This document shows, piece after piece, positions 39,061 through 52,174 of a stretch of 64,000 nucleotides of DNA. Under the pieces are notes generated by a model. That model ran no database searches, was not told the DNA's origin, and worked only from the letters and a program-made list of their open reading frames with translations. This DNA is from Cetorhinus maximus (Eukaryota), in the NCBI RefSeq assembly GCF_964194155.1, contig NC_135893.1:57288001-57352000 (forward strand), in the 5' to 3' direction. Numbering within the stretch: position 1 is the first letter of the stretch; each line of letters starts with the position of its first letter. Both the position numbers and the translations under genes were made by a program.

Positions 39061-39475
39061 AGAAAGATTTGCATTTATATAAGGCTTTTCACAATCACTA
39101 GGCATCTCAAAGTGCTTTCCAGCCAATGAAGTACTTTTTAAAGTGTAGTTACTGCTGTAATGTAGGAAATGTGGCAGCCAGCATGTGCACAGCAAACTCC
39201 CACAAACAGCAATCTGATAATGACCAGATAATCTGTTTTTGTGAGGTTGATTGAGGGATAAATATTGCCTAGCACACCAGAGATAACTCCCCTGCTCTTC
39301 TTCAGTTTAGTGCCATGGGGCCTCGGTTTAAAATCTCATCTGAAAGATGGAACCTCCAATAATGTAGTGCTCCCTCAGTACTCCACTGAGGTGTCAGCTT
39401 TGATTTTAGTGCTCAAGCCCTGGATTGGGACTTGAACCCAGAACATTGTGATTCAAAGATGAAAATGCTGAACCA
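39061..39475 (-). mobile_element. Deu-domain-type SINE (SacSINE1-like)
   Basis: TTGCATTTATATAAGGCTTTTCAC..CAGCCAATGAAGTAC..GGGACTTGAACCC (B box on the minus strand). Confidence 0.85.
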
Positions 39476-40619
39476 AATTCCTCCCTTTCAGTCCCATGGT
39501 AAAGAATCCAATGGACCAAGCCCCTTTCCATTCATCCTATGTACTGAATCCCAAGTGATGAAGTGTGCCCAATGCTAACTTATATCCTAGAGCACACTTT
39601 GGTTTGTAGTTTGACGCATGTGTTAGTTCCGTGGAGGCGTAGAATTCACAGGACATTTGCCCTAATACTACTGAGTGGGCACCATGTAGTTCACACACTG
39701 CATAATTTTCAAAATAGAAATAATTAAATCAAAATTTTCTGATTAAATATTCTCTCTTATCAGGAGTGTGAGCTCTGTGCAATGAATATATTGAGCCTGT
39801 GGCCAGATTGCAGATAGTGCCAATTGATTCACAGCCCTTTATGCAAAATCTAAATGCTTTGCACTGTTTCTGTTTTATTCATTCCTTAAACTACCGAATT
39901 AACATTAGATAGACAGTGTGGGGCACTGATTGCCAAATTGGCTTGCTGGATCTGTCATTTAGAAATCTTTGATGCTGATTCTGATCCTGATCCTGTCTCA
40001 AGGTTTCCCAGAAAGCACTTGTTGTGATGTATCTGAATGTTGCTCAGGTAAATCAGAGTGAAATCAGGTTGTCTGGATGAAACCATCTCCATAAGGTTTT
40101 ACTATAGCAAGGGAGAAGAGAACATTCTCCCTGGACTAAAGCTGTCTCGAGAAATTCTCATTTTGAGTTTGAGATGCCTGTACAGTCACAGACATACAAC
40201 AAATTTCCTTAGTGTTCCCTGTATCACAAAGCTCAACACTAGCAAAGTCTCCAACCACTGTGATTCAACAAACTAGTGCACAGTGTAGGAAGCTATATGA
40301 TATATGGAATCTAAAATATTAAATAATATGAGATATTGAATATATAATGCCGTATACAGTGTATGATATGGTACATATTATGCAGCATATAGTGCTGTGA
40401 AAGATCTCCATGTACCTTTCACTCGAATTTGTACTTACACAAAATTTAAAAAGAATCAACAGTTGTAAGAGTTTGAGAAAGCTTCATTAGCTTTTGTGTG
40501 AGAGACGTACATCAGTTTTTAACCAGCGGTGTAAATAACATCAGCCAAGAAATTACCATTTGTGACATCAGCAGATAAATGTGTTTATTCAACATGATTC
40601 CTCCATCATCTCAATGTGC

Positions 40620-42065
40620 ACACTAACTGAATGTGAGCATTAACCAACCAGGGGCATTAACCGAATGTGAGCATTAACCAACCAGGAGCATTAACCAAAT
40701 GTGAGCATTAACCAACCAACGGCATTAACCGAATGTGAGCATTAACCAAATGTGAGCATTAACTGACCAGGGTCAATAATGTGAGAATTAATTGATTTTC
40801 AGCATTAATCAAAGAGGGTCAATAACTAAATGTTGAGAATTAACTGAAAGGGAGCATTAACTATTTGAAATTATTATCTGAATTGGAGCATTTGCCAAAT
40901 GGGAGCATTAACTGAGTAAGAGAATCAGCTGATGCAGAACATTAACTGAACAGGAGTATGAGCCAAAGAACAGCATTAACTGAACAGGGGCATAAACTGT
41001 AGAACAGCATTAACTAAAGGGGAAAAATTAAATGATTGAGAATGTTAACTGGACAACAACGGGCTGAGTTTTACGGGGCAGCGTATTCCTTGCACCCTGT
41101 CCCCCATTAGAAAAAAGGCTACCTCACAGCAATATTACGCTATGGGCGGCCTTAACCAACAGAGTGGGACTTCCACCCCTCAGTGGAATGCACTCCCACC
41201 CTCGAGAGCTGCTGGCCAATCTGATTGGCTGGCAGCTTTTGCAGTCCTAGCAGCGCCAGAAGCAAGTAATGGGTGCTGCTGGGAGTGCAAGCAGTCCCCA
41301 GGAAGAAGACAATGTGGGTTACGGAGACAGGTAAGTCAGGCCTTTTTGGGTGGGGAGGGATTGGGTACACAAAGGAGGAGGGTAAGGGGGGGTGGGTTTT
41401 AGAGGCAAGGTGGGGAGGCACAAAGTGGGGGGGGCTATGAACTTAGGGGAGTTCCCTGATGCGCACAGGGCACTCCTGAAGGAAATACCCCACCCTTCCT
41501 TCCCACCCTTTCACCAACTTTGGTGAAAAAATGGACTTCCCACTCTCACCTGCCTTCCAATGCCCAGCATATTATGGCAGTGAAGGCAGATTGAGGTCCT
41601 TAAGTGAGCATTAATTGGCCACTTAAGGCCTCAATAGGCCTAAGGGTGGACAGGCTAGTGGGTGCCTTACCCACCCCCATATTATGGGGACCAGGTCGGG
41701 GGTGTGGGCGGGAAGGCAGTGGGTTACCCACCTGTCACGTTTTACATGCCCCACCCCCGCATCACCCCGCCAACAACACGCTTGGCTGGGGGCCATAAAT
41801 TCCATCCCAACATTAACTAACTGAGAGTACTAACAGGATAGGGACTTTAACCAAATTAGTGTATAAACTGAACTGGAGCATTAATTGAATGAGATTATTA
41901 ACAGAATGAGAACTTTAACTGAACAGGAGTATGACTGAGTGAGAGTATTCCCAGAAAGGGAACATTAACTGAGCTAGAGCATTAATCGTATTGTAGTATT
42001 AACTAAATGGGAACATTAATTTGAACAAGTGCAGTAAAGAGAACAGAGGCTTTATTTTGAACATT
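40620..42065. repeat. Degenerate ~18-20-bp GCATTAAC(T/C)GAA repeat, split by a MITE
   Basis: The motif recurs on both sides of 41061-41808. Confidence 0.82.
41061..41808. mobile_element. Harbinger-type MITE (748 bp), TSD AAC
   Basis: AAC|GGGCTGAGTTTTA ... TAAATTCCATCCC|AAC; interrupts the GCATTAAC repeat. Confidence 0.85.
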
Positions 42066-42578
42066 GACCATCAACCTGATGAAGGACAAAAACTGCAGTA
42101 AGTTCTTACAAAAGTGTTAAATGTTCATTGGCTAATCTCACGAGCAGTAATCGCCTGGGCTACATGCGGTTTATGTAACGCCCAATTGATATATGGTACA
42201 TTAAAAGAAGGGTTGAATGGATTCTATGCAGCCTGTTTCTGACTAATTACCTCCCTGATCAATGATAATATTTATGCTGAAAGAGCAGGTGGAGGTTCAT
42301 ACCTTGTCTTGTAACCTTTATTAAATGTTGTCATATCAGTTTTTTTTAACAAGATAGTCTTCAAATAAATACGCACTTGGCAATGGCATTAGCGTGGAAG
42401 ATGAGTTTTAAATACTTCATGTATTGACAGGAGCTATTACTCACGGGCACCACACTGTCCTAACATGGGATCGCTCTATTCTTCTCTTCACTAATTAAAA
42501 ATAAATCACATTCCTCATGATTTTTCATTTTCCAAAGTTCTTCTCTTCTCTGGAGGCTGTGACTCCTCACTGGCAGAT

Positions 42579-42990
42579 GTCAGCTGTGGCTCAGTCTGTA
42601 GCACTCTTTCACCTCTTAGTCAGAAGGATGAGTTCAAGTCTCACTCCAGAGACTTCAGCACATAATCCAGACACTTCAGTACAGTGCTGCACTGTCAGAG
42701 TTACTGTTTTCAATATGGGTCATTAAACCAAGGCCCTGTCTGCTCTCTCAGGCGGATGTAAAAGATCCCATGGCACTATTTGAAGAAGAGCTGGGGGGGT
42801 TGTTCCTGGTATCATGGTCAATGTTTATGCCTCAATCAACATCACTATCATTATCACATTGCTATTTGTGGGAGCTTGCTGTGTACAAATCAGCTGCTGT
42901 GTTTTGTACATTACAACATTTCTTCAAAATGTACTTCATTGACTGTAAAGTGTTTTAGGGTGTCCTGAGGTGGTGAAAATGCTAACATTT
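42579..42990 (+). mobile_element. Deu-domain-type SINE (SacSINE1-like)
   Basis: A-box TGGCTCAGT, B-box GAGTTCAAGTC, shared core and tail. Confidence 0.82.
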
Positions 42991-43299
42991 TTGAGGTCTT
43001 TCTTTTGATGCACTATCCCAGCAGTGCTGACTGGTACTTCCCCCAAGTGATCATTTTTGATTTAGTTACTGGAGGGCAATGAGGAGTAGCCCTGGTCAGA
43101 TAACAAACCTCGCTCTCCTCCAGGACAGAGCGAGCAATGAGCACTGGCTGAGAGCAGCTCGGTCAACACACACCAAGCATTGGCCTTGAGACTCTCCTAC
43201 TCTGAATGGATTGCCACCTCACCAAATCCTTGTTAATTCATTCTGAAGCTAGATGGTGAAATAGGAAACCAGATGCCAATCTTTTTCTTAATTATTTTT

Positions 43300-44451
43300 G
43301 AATTCATTCACGGGATGTGGGCTTCATTGGCTGGGCCAGCATTTATTGCCCATCCCTAGTTGCCCTTGAGAAGGTGGCAGTGAGCTACGTTCTTGAACCA
43401 CTACAGTCCATGTGGTGTAGGTACACCAACAGTGCGGTTAGGGAGGGAGTTCCAGGATTTTGACCCAGTGACAATGAAGGAACAGCGATATATTTCCAAG
43501 TCACGATGGTGAGTGACTTGGAGGGGAACTTCCAGGTGGTGGTGTTCCCATCTATCTGCTGCCCTTGTCCTTCTAGGTGGTAGTGGTCGTGGGTTTGGAA
43601 GGTGCTGTCTAAAGATCCTTTGTAAATTCCTGCAGTGCATCTTGATGCTGCTACTGTGCGTTGGTGGTGGAGGAAGTGAATGTTTGTGGATGTGGTGCCA
43701 ATCAAGCGGGCTGCCTTGTCCTGGACGGTGTCCATCTCCTTCAGTGTTGTGGGAGCTGCACTCACCAAGGCAAGTGGGGAGTATTCCATCACATTCCTGA
43801 CTTGTGCCTTGTAGATGGTGGACAGGCTTTGGGAAGTCAGGAGGCGAGTTACTCATCACACAATTCCTAGCCTCTGAGCTGCTCTTGTTGCCACAGTATT
43901 TATATGACTAGTGCAATTCAGTTTCTGGTCAATGGTAACCCCCAGGATGTTGATGGTGGGGGATTCAGTGATGGTAATGCCATTGAACATCAAGGGACGA
44001 TGGTTGGATTCTCTCTTGTTGGAGATGGTCATTGCCTGACACTTGTGTGGCACGAATGTTACTTGCCATTTGTCAGCCCAAGCCTGGATATTGTCCAGGT
44101 CTTGCTGCATTTGAACATGGACTGCTTCAGTATCTGAGGAGTCGCGAATGGTGCTGAACATTGTGCAGTCATCAGCGAACATCCCCACTTCTGACCTTGT
44201 GATGGAAGGAAGGTCACTGATGAAGCAGCTGAAGATGGTTGGGCCTAGGACACTACCCTGAGGAACTCCTGCAGTGATGTCCTGGAGCTGAGATGACTGA
44301 CCTCCAGCAACCACAACCATCTTCCTTTGTGCTAGGTATGACTCCAAACAGCGGTGAGTTTTCCCCCTGATTCCCATTGACTCCAGTTTTGCTAGGGCTC
44401 CTTGATGTCACACTCGGTCAAATGCTGCCTTGATGTCAAGGACAGTCACTG
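43300..44451 (-). mobile_element. 5'-truncated CR1/L2-clade LINE of a second family (RT C-terminus and 3' tail)
   Basis: AGVPQGSVLGPTIFSCFISDL..MFADD; MEYSPLA..QDKAARLI; SWNSLP. Confidence 0.92.
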
Positions 44452-44889
44452 TACCTCAGATTTATTTACAGAATGCAACATTACATATGTCTGCCTCCTC
44501 CCTAACCAACACCCTGGTTCCCAGAAGTCCTTCTTTATATGTGCTCAAGGTACTTAATCAACCTGTGTATCCTTAACTCTGATACTGCAATTAACATACC
44601 ATTAACAATCCTCTGTGGGTGTTAACCATGTGATCAGGATTGGACAAACTCCAGCTCATCTTTCCCAAAGCCCCAGCACCTGCCCAGAGTTCCAACACCG
44701 AGCCAGTCCCACTTCCTACTCAGTGCCCAGTGCCTCACCTCCTTCCCAATGCACCACCTTCTTCTCAGAGCCCCGCCTGCTGCCTTAGTCCTGCCGACTT
44801 CTAGTTTGGGCTCAACAGAAGACAAGCGTGTTAACAACTTTCTTCGGTCTCATGCCATTTATTTTGGAAATAAATGCAGGAGCCATGTT

Positions 44890-45550
44890 GCACCAGTACT
44901 GCCCCCCCAACAGTACAGTGGTCCCTCAGTACTGCCCCCCGACTGTACAGTGGTCCCTCAGTACTGCCCCCTGACAGTACAATGGTCCCTCAGCACTGCC
45001 CTCTGACAGCACAGTGCTCCTGCAGTACTGCCCCCCAACAGTACAGTGGTCCCTCAGCACTGCCCTCTGACAGCACAGTGCTCCCTCAGTACTGTCCACC
45101 GACAGGACAATGTTCCCTCAGTACTGACCCCCAACAGTAGTGCTCCCTCAGTACTGCTCCCTGACAGCACAGCGCTCCTTCAGTACTGCCCACCAACAGT
45201 GCAGTGCTCCCTCATTACTGCCCACCGACAGTGCAGTTCTCCCTCAGTATTGCCCACCAACAGTGCAGTGCTCCCTCATTACTGCCCACCGACAGTGCAG
45301 TGCTCCCTCAGTATTGCCCACCAACAGTGCAGTGCTCCCTCAGTACTGCCCACCGACAGTGCAGTGCTCCCTCAGTATTGCCCACCGACAGTGCAGTGCT
45401 CCCTCAGTACTGCCCACCGACAGTATAGTGCTCCCTGAGTATTGACCCTCCAACAGTGCCAGCCAAGGTTTTGTGCACAAGCATCTTGATTGAGACTTGA
45501 AGCCCCCACCTTCTGACTCAAAGATAAGAGTGCTGCACACTGACCCAGAG
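44890..45550 (-). repeat. ~30-bp minisatellite (CAGTGCAGTGCTCCCTCAGTACTGCCCACCGA-like) grown from an internal SINE segment, with the SINE head attached at 45470-45550
   Basis: The unit matches the SINE segment at 39360-39390; the adjacent sequence matches SINE heads (GACTTGAA..CTTCTGACTC..GAGTGCT..CACTGA). Confidence 0.85.
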
Positions 45551-46499
45551 CTGGTTTCTTCAGCAGTCCATCAGATGGAATACCTGATGGTGTTTATTCT
45601 TTTGAATGTGGAGAGTGTTTTGTGTAAATGCAGTGTTTTTGATCGAGCTGTAAGCATCATTGGAGCCTGGTCTTGTTTAACTGGAAACAGGAAGATTCCT
45701 TCAGCATTTCCTAGTCCTTATCTGTCTGGCTGATGTCTTGTTTCCAGGTGTCTGTGAGAGATATAAAAGAAATGCTGACGTCTCATTAGCTCAGTCAGAG
45801 ACAGCTCTGTCACGCTGTCTGCCAAGCTCTCACCTGGAACGACTCACAGCCCCACACACACACACACACACACACCACCCCGCATCACCATTCACTCAGC
45901 AGATAGCCCTTAATTATTGCAAAGCAAGGCGAGAGGGATATGAAGAGCTCAACAACACAGAAACAGAAGCTGCAAGTGGGCAGAAACCTACAAGAGCTTC
46001 AGGGCTTGCACATCAGGATCAGTGTATCCTGCCCCATCCAGAGGCAGTCAGCTGTCCACACAACATTCCATTGAGTGTGTCATTTCATCGTTACACACTC
46101 ACACAGCTAGAGACACCCACACCCACTGACACACGGTTATACACTAGCATCCACACCCAGTTACACACACAGATACGCACACACACTTATACACACACAT
46201 ACACAGTTGTCCACACACACACAGTCACACACATCTCAAACAGGACAGATGATTTCTTTATGTGTCACTCTTCCATTTTTCCTCCATGGATTCCTCTTTG
46301 TTCTTTTGCTGATGTTTGGTGGTGGGTTTTGTTTCTGATAGTTTGGGTTTCACTTTTGTCCTTGGTCTTGCTCTCTCTGCAGCATTTCCTGGTTGAATCT
46401 CTGTGCTTTTACTGAAGGTGCATTTATACCAAAAAACCATCAACGTTTTTCTTCCCCCCCCCCCACTTTTTCATCTGATTAGGTTTTACTATATTTATG

Positions 46500-47215
46500 G
46501 TCCATATAGCAGCACAGAATGTTTGCAGCACTGAAGGAAGCCATTTCGCCTGCCATGTCCATGCTTCTGTCTGCAAGAGTTAACCCAGCTGCTCCCATTC
46601 CCCTGTCCTTATGCCACAGCCCTGCAATTGCTTTCTCCTCAGGTGCAATTCACAATTGAATCCACACTCTCAGGCAGTGCTTTCCAGATCCTTACTACTC
46701 ATTGCATAAAAAAAGATGTAAAGGCTTTGTAGAGGGTACAGAAAAAATTTACTAGAATGGGTCCGGGAATGAGGGATTTCAGTTACATGGATAGACTGAG
46801 GTTGTTCTCCTTAAAGCAGAGAAGGCTAAGAGGAGATTCGATAGAGGTGATCAAAATCATGAAGTGTTTAGAATAGATGGAGTAGTTAAAGAGAAACGGT
46901 TTCCAATGGCTGAAGGGTTGATAACAAAAAAGCACAGGTTTAAGATCATTGGCAAAAGAACCAGCGGCAACATGAGGAAAAAAATTCTTATTGCAACAAG
47001 TGGTTGAGATTTGGAATGCATTGCCAGGCAGAGTGGAGGACAGAAATTAAGTTGTAGCTTTCAAAAGGGAATTGGGAAAAATACTTGAAGGAGAAAAATT
47101 GCAGGAACGTGGGGAAAGAGGAGTGGAATGGGACTACTTATGTTGCTTTTCAAAGTTGCTGGCCCAGACTTGATGGACTGAATGGCCTCCTTCTGTGCTG
47201 TAGTATTCTATGATT
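46500..47215. mobile_element. Two CR1 3' fragments in opposite orientation (minus 46500-46712, plus 46713-47215)
   Basis: Plus part encodes ALxRVQKKFTRM..RRLRGDSIEV and a 3'UTR; minus part is 3'UTR-like. Confidence 0.78.
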
Positions 47216-47639
47216 TTCTCATTGAAGCCCAGCTGTCAGTCAACTCCTTACTGAGCGTCTCCAAAGAAGTGGGCAGGAGAGAGGTGAGTTTGGCTGATGC
47301 TTGGTAATGGTTTCCTCCAAATGACCTGTCAACTCTTCACAATTGGTGTAATTAGAATTTATGGTTGGATCTGGGGAATTTGTGAAGCACAAATTTATGC
47401 AGATGTTAGTGACAGAAAAACTATTGATGAGAAGTGAAAAAATGAGCTGTTTTGTTGCTGCAAAATAATTTTACAAACAGGTTCTTTGATTGCCTTCTTC
47501 ACATATGCATTTCTGTTTCTCTGTGTTTTCAAAATCAAAATGCAGACGTATACCTGGGGCTGGGCTGACACACTGCAGATTGCGAGATTTGTACTTATTT
47601 GGTCCTTAATGCACTACACAGAGAAAGGCAAGGAGAAGG

Positions 47640-48980
47640 ATGAGCTGAGGGCTCGAGAGACGAGGAGCTGGGGCTAGAGACAGAGGAGGAGCCGGAGGCT
47701 AGAAAGAGAAAAGGAGCGGGAGCAAGCGAGAGAGGTGAAGGGACAGGATGAGAGAGAGGAGGAGCAGGGGCCAGAGAGAGAGGTGGAGCGGGAGCTAGAG
47801 AGAGGGGAGGAATGGGGGCCAGAGAGAGGGGAGGAGCAGGGGCTACACAGAGAGGAAGAGCGGGAGCTAGAGAGAGGGGAGGAGCGGGGGCTAGAGAGAG
47901 GGGGGAGGAATGGGGGCCAGAGAGAGGGGAGGAGCAGGGGGCTAGAGAGAGAGAGCAGGGGCTAGAGGGAGATGAGGAGTGGGACTGGAGAGAGAGGAGG
48001 CACGAGGTGAGAGAGAGGAGGAGGAGGGGCTAAAGAGGGGGGTTGAGAGAGGGGAAGAAGAGCGGGGAGAGAGAGGAGGAGGAACTGGGGCTAGAGAGAG
48101 AGGAAGAGTGGGGGCTAGAGAGAGGAGATGTGGCAGCTAGAGAGAGAGGGGAGGAGCAGGGGCTAGAGAGAGAGGAGAAGGAGCGGGGTCTAGAGAAAGA
48201 GGAGTGGGGGCTAGAGAGAGAGAGGGGAGGAGCAGGGGCTGGGGGGGAGCAGGGGCTAGAGAGTGGAAGGGGCTAGAGAGAGAGGAGGAGTAGGGGCTAA
48301 AGAAAAGAGGAGGAGCAGGGGCTAGAGGGGGGGGAGGAGGAGCGGGGACTAGAGAGAGAGGAGGAGCTGGAGCTAGAGAGAGAGGAGGAGGAGCAGAGGC
48401 AAGAAAGAGGGGAGGAGTGGGGGCTAGAGAGAGGAGGTGTGGCAGCTAGAGAGAGAGGGGAGGAGCAGGGGCTAGAAAGAGAGGAGGAGAAGGAGCTGGG
48501 TCTAGAGAGAGAGGAGGAGGAGTGGGGGCGAGAGAGAGGGGAGGGGGGATAGGGAGAGAGGAGGAGCAGGGGCTAGAGAGAGAGGAGGTGGAGCGAGGGC
48601 TAGAGAGAGGGGAGGGGGAACGGGGGCTAGAATGAGGTGAGGAGGAGCAAGGGCTAGAGAGAGGGGAGGAGTGGGGGCTAGAGAAGGAGGAGGGGTAGAG
48701 GCTAGAGGGAGAGGAAGAAGAGCGAGGCCTAGAGAGAGCTGGAGGATAAGCTGAAAATTACAGGGAGATGGGAGGAGAGGGAAACAGAACGTGGGACTAC
48801 AGAGGAGCAGAAGCTGAGTGTTACAGAGACAGGTGGAGGAGGAATAGGAGGAGCTGGGGACTACAGAGAGGAGTAGGAGGACCTGAGAATTACAAGAGAT
48901 GGAAGGAGGGGGAAAGTGATTCAGGAAATATAGGGAGAGGGGTAGGAAGAGAAGGTATAGCTGGGGGCTAGAGAGAGAAT
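47640..48980. repeat. Purine-rich degenerate repeat GGGGCTAGAGAGAGAGGAGGAGC (~1.3 kb)
   Basis: Recurring GGGCTAGAGAG, with extreme strand asymmetry. Confidence 0.92.
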
Positions 48981-49539
48981 AGGACTGACAATTAAAGTTG
49001 TACTAAACTAAAGTGGTACACTCAAGTGTCAACAAGCTGTGAGATGTAGGTTTGATCCCACCATTTACTCCACTCAGAAAGTGCTTGAGAAGAAAGCAGG
49101 AATTTTCAAACCAGGCAAGGAGAGCCTCAGGAGAGCTGGGAACACTATTAACAGTGACGTTGGAGCTGACTGCCTAAGCACAGGTCAAAAATCATCTATC
49201 CTACCATGAATTCTACCCACCCACTGAATCTCCTTCTACACCCAGGTCCAATCTCTCCTATTATGGGCTCCATCTATCCACTGAATCACTTGTCACCTCA
49301 ACATTGACCTCAGAAGTTGCTGCTATCGTTTCCCATCCTTCCCCCCCACCCCTATAAATAACAGTGGGATCTAAGCACAGCTACTATCCCAGAAATTTTC
49401 CCCTTGGAACCTTGGTGCTTTCCAGACATTGAAAGCCCCATAAACTCAACTTCTTAGACCCAGTAAATCGTGAAAAATGAATAAAAAGGAATATTGCACC
49501 CTCATCGAAAATCTCTATGCTCTTCCTCCTCCAGCCTCT

Positions 49540-49818
49540 TTCACATCCCCAATTTTCAACACAAAATCATTGATCACTGTGCTTTTAGCTGTCTGGTCTC
49601 TAAACCCTGAAATTCCTTCCTTAAACCTTTCTGTCTACCTGTCTCCCTCTCCTCCTTTAAGTTGTGCCTTAAAACTTAATCCTTTGACCAAGTTTTTAGT
49701 CACCTGCCCTAACGTCTCCTTATTTGGCTTGCTGTCAAATTGTTTTCTGATTGTGCTTCTACACAGTGCCTTGGGACATTTTACTGTGTTAAAGGTGCTA
49801 TTTAAATGCAAGTTGTTG
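49540..49818 (+). mobile_element. L2-like LINE 3' end sharing the SINE-type tail (AAAGGTGCTATTTAAATGCAAGTTG)
   Basis: Similar fragments at 58165-58325 (+) and ~60630-60745 (-). Confidence 0.65.
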
Positions 49819-50483
49819 TTGATGGAGCTAAAAACAGTGTGGTTTCTATAACGAGGGGTCAATCACACGGTCAGTTTTACACTCATTGGAATGCACCCCT
49901 TTACTCTCTTCACTGTTTACTGCTGTGTGCCAGTTTGGTTGTTCTATAAGAGGGGAAGCCACAATGTTCAATGGGGAATAGACATGATTAGAGAAGATAA
50001 TGAGATGCTGACTAGGTTAATAATAAACCTGTAGCAGGGGCAATGGGGTTTACTAATTCATCAGTCCCCTGCTTATTGAGAGCAAAGGCTTCCTGTATCT
50101 GTTAGAATGGATTCTCAATCATCAGCGCATTTGTACAGTTGGTTTCCAATTAAGACTTGCCAAACGAATATCGATTTGATTTTTTTTAATTATATTTCAG
50201 TAATCAGGTTGATGTGAAGTAGCAATTTGATGGTTTGCAAGCAGCCCAGGGAATATTTGCAGTTATTGCCTATTTAGTCCCTCACTCTCTCCTTGGAATT
50301 AGGGACGCTCCCCCCAAGCATCAACCCATTGCCTACATTTCATGGGTGAGCCCAGACAGCAAATATTACCAGGGTAAGCCACAATGGGATGCTTGACGAC
50401 AGTCCTGAATCTGTCCTTAGTTAATGTTCACTAGACAGTAGCCAGGAGCAAAATCCCTGTTTATATATTGGATCAGAAACATC

Positions 50484-51156
50484 GGGTGCGATTTAATGTC
50501 CTCCCCCAAGACAAGTTTGGAGGTGGGGAGACATTTAATTGGGTGAGAGGGTGCCAAGTAGGGACCCTGCCACCTTCCCACTTCTGCCCCAATTAAAGTT
50601 CTTGGACAGCCTTCTCGTCCCACCGCCAATTGAGGCCCTTAAGTGGGTAATGAATGCTCACTTAAGACCTTCATTGAGTGGAGCAGTCACCACACAGGAA
50701 GCCTGAAAAGCAAACCCTGTTTGCCTGATTAGGGAACTCAGCATCGGGAAGGGGGGCACCTGGCATTGGGAAGGGGGGCCTGCAGAGTGCCACCTCCCTG
50801 CCTTTGCTGCCAACCCCCCTCCCTGATCTCCCATGACTCCTGCCCTGTGATCCCCATCCCGCCCTCATTCTCCTGTGACCTGGGGTCCCTCTCTGATCTT
50901 GGGTCTCTGGTGGGCATATTGCCAGCAGCTACCACCACTTCCCCGGTGGCACTGCCTGAAATAGACAGCCGCCGGCCTCTGATTGGCAGGATTTCTGCTC
51001 CCGGGGTCCTTGATCCCAGGGAAGGCCTGCCGCTGGCCACTTAAGTGCCTGACCGGAATTCAATACTGTGAGACTTCCCCAAAGTAGGTGTCGTGGGACT
51101 CTTGAAGACTACCCAGCCAGTGGGCAAAACCCCATCACCTAGGTTAATTACTGCCC
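50484..51156. mobile_element. Harbinger-type MITE (673 bp), TSD ATC
   Basis: ATC|GGGTGCGATTTAA ... TTAATTACTGCCC|ATC. Confidence 0.82.
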
Positions 51157-52174
51157 ATCATGTCCTGATTTGTCCCCACATTATTCCTGCTGTTGGTTTT
51201 TCCCGTCAATTATCCATATCAGAATTCTTCAATTCCTCAAGAATCTGTCAAAAAAATCCCAAAGGAGGTTGAGTTTGAACAAGACTCTTTCATCACTTTG
51301 TCCCACCAATGTTTTCAAATATTGTTCACCTTCCATTTCTACAACCCCTAGATCAGAATTCAGCCTATAATTAACCCCTGAGTATCCAATCCTAAGCCAC
51401 TGGAGGCCCCAGGTGGGTAAAGTTTATGATAGGGGAGTTTGCGCATGGGGTGTGGAAGGACATTCAATGGATGGGTAGTCTCCATCATGGAGTGTAATTA
51501 AATGTGGGGAGAAGCAGGATGGAATTGCTGATGACCCTTTTTCATTCCTTCCTTTCTGGTGTCCTTTCCTGAAAGCTTTTCTGTGCAAACTCTGTACTTG
51601 ATTGACTTGTGATCCATGTATATACCAACAAGAATCTGAGCAGATTCCTGGCCAGTGCTGACTTTGGTCCTGCATCTGTGAGCTGCTTCTTCAATGACAC
51701 CAAATAAATAATGCAGTGTTTGTCGCAGCTTCTGGTAATTATGGTTCATATTTCCAACTAATTGAAAAATTAATTATCCATTATAAATTGAAATGACAAA
51801 TATTCTGGTAGCTGTAGTTAGGGTTCAGTGAACTGTTCTCAGTTCTCCATTCCTGTTACATCAGTTGATTTGAATTTTTTTATTAAGTTCTATTCTAAGG
51901 TGGAATTATCTCAGATTTGCACTGAGTGCGATAGCGAGCGGGTAAAACGACGTTTCATCCGGCGGCTGTAATGGCCGCTTTTCACACAGTATCGTCCCAA
52001 ACCCATCGCATTAATTGTGCATTCCTGGGAAACATACCACTTCCATGGCGGGTGAGCTCTCATTCGCCCGCCATGCCATCACCTCGCCTCTTCATCATGC
52101 CGGGTGCCATATTTAAAGTCCAGCTGCGCGCATACCTCTCACTGCTTCCAGCCCACGACTGCTGCAAAGAAGAC

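Noticed and set aside
42077-42100. CTGATGAAGG hammerhead-like start
   Set aside because: No stem II or GAAA partner; likely chance or too decayed
44452-44640. Possible LTR fragment (minus-strand TATA and AATAAA)
   Set aside because: Termini and TSD could not be defined
45738-46415. 225-aa ORF with a hydrophobic C-terminus as an alternative HS3ST2 exon
   Set aside because: TTG start, (CA)n-derived content, and the nearby acceptor is out of phase with exon 1
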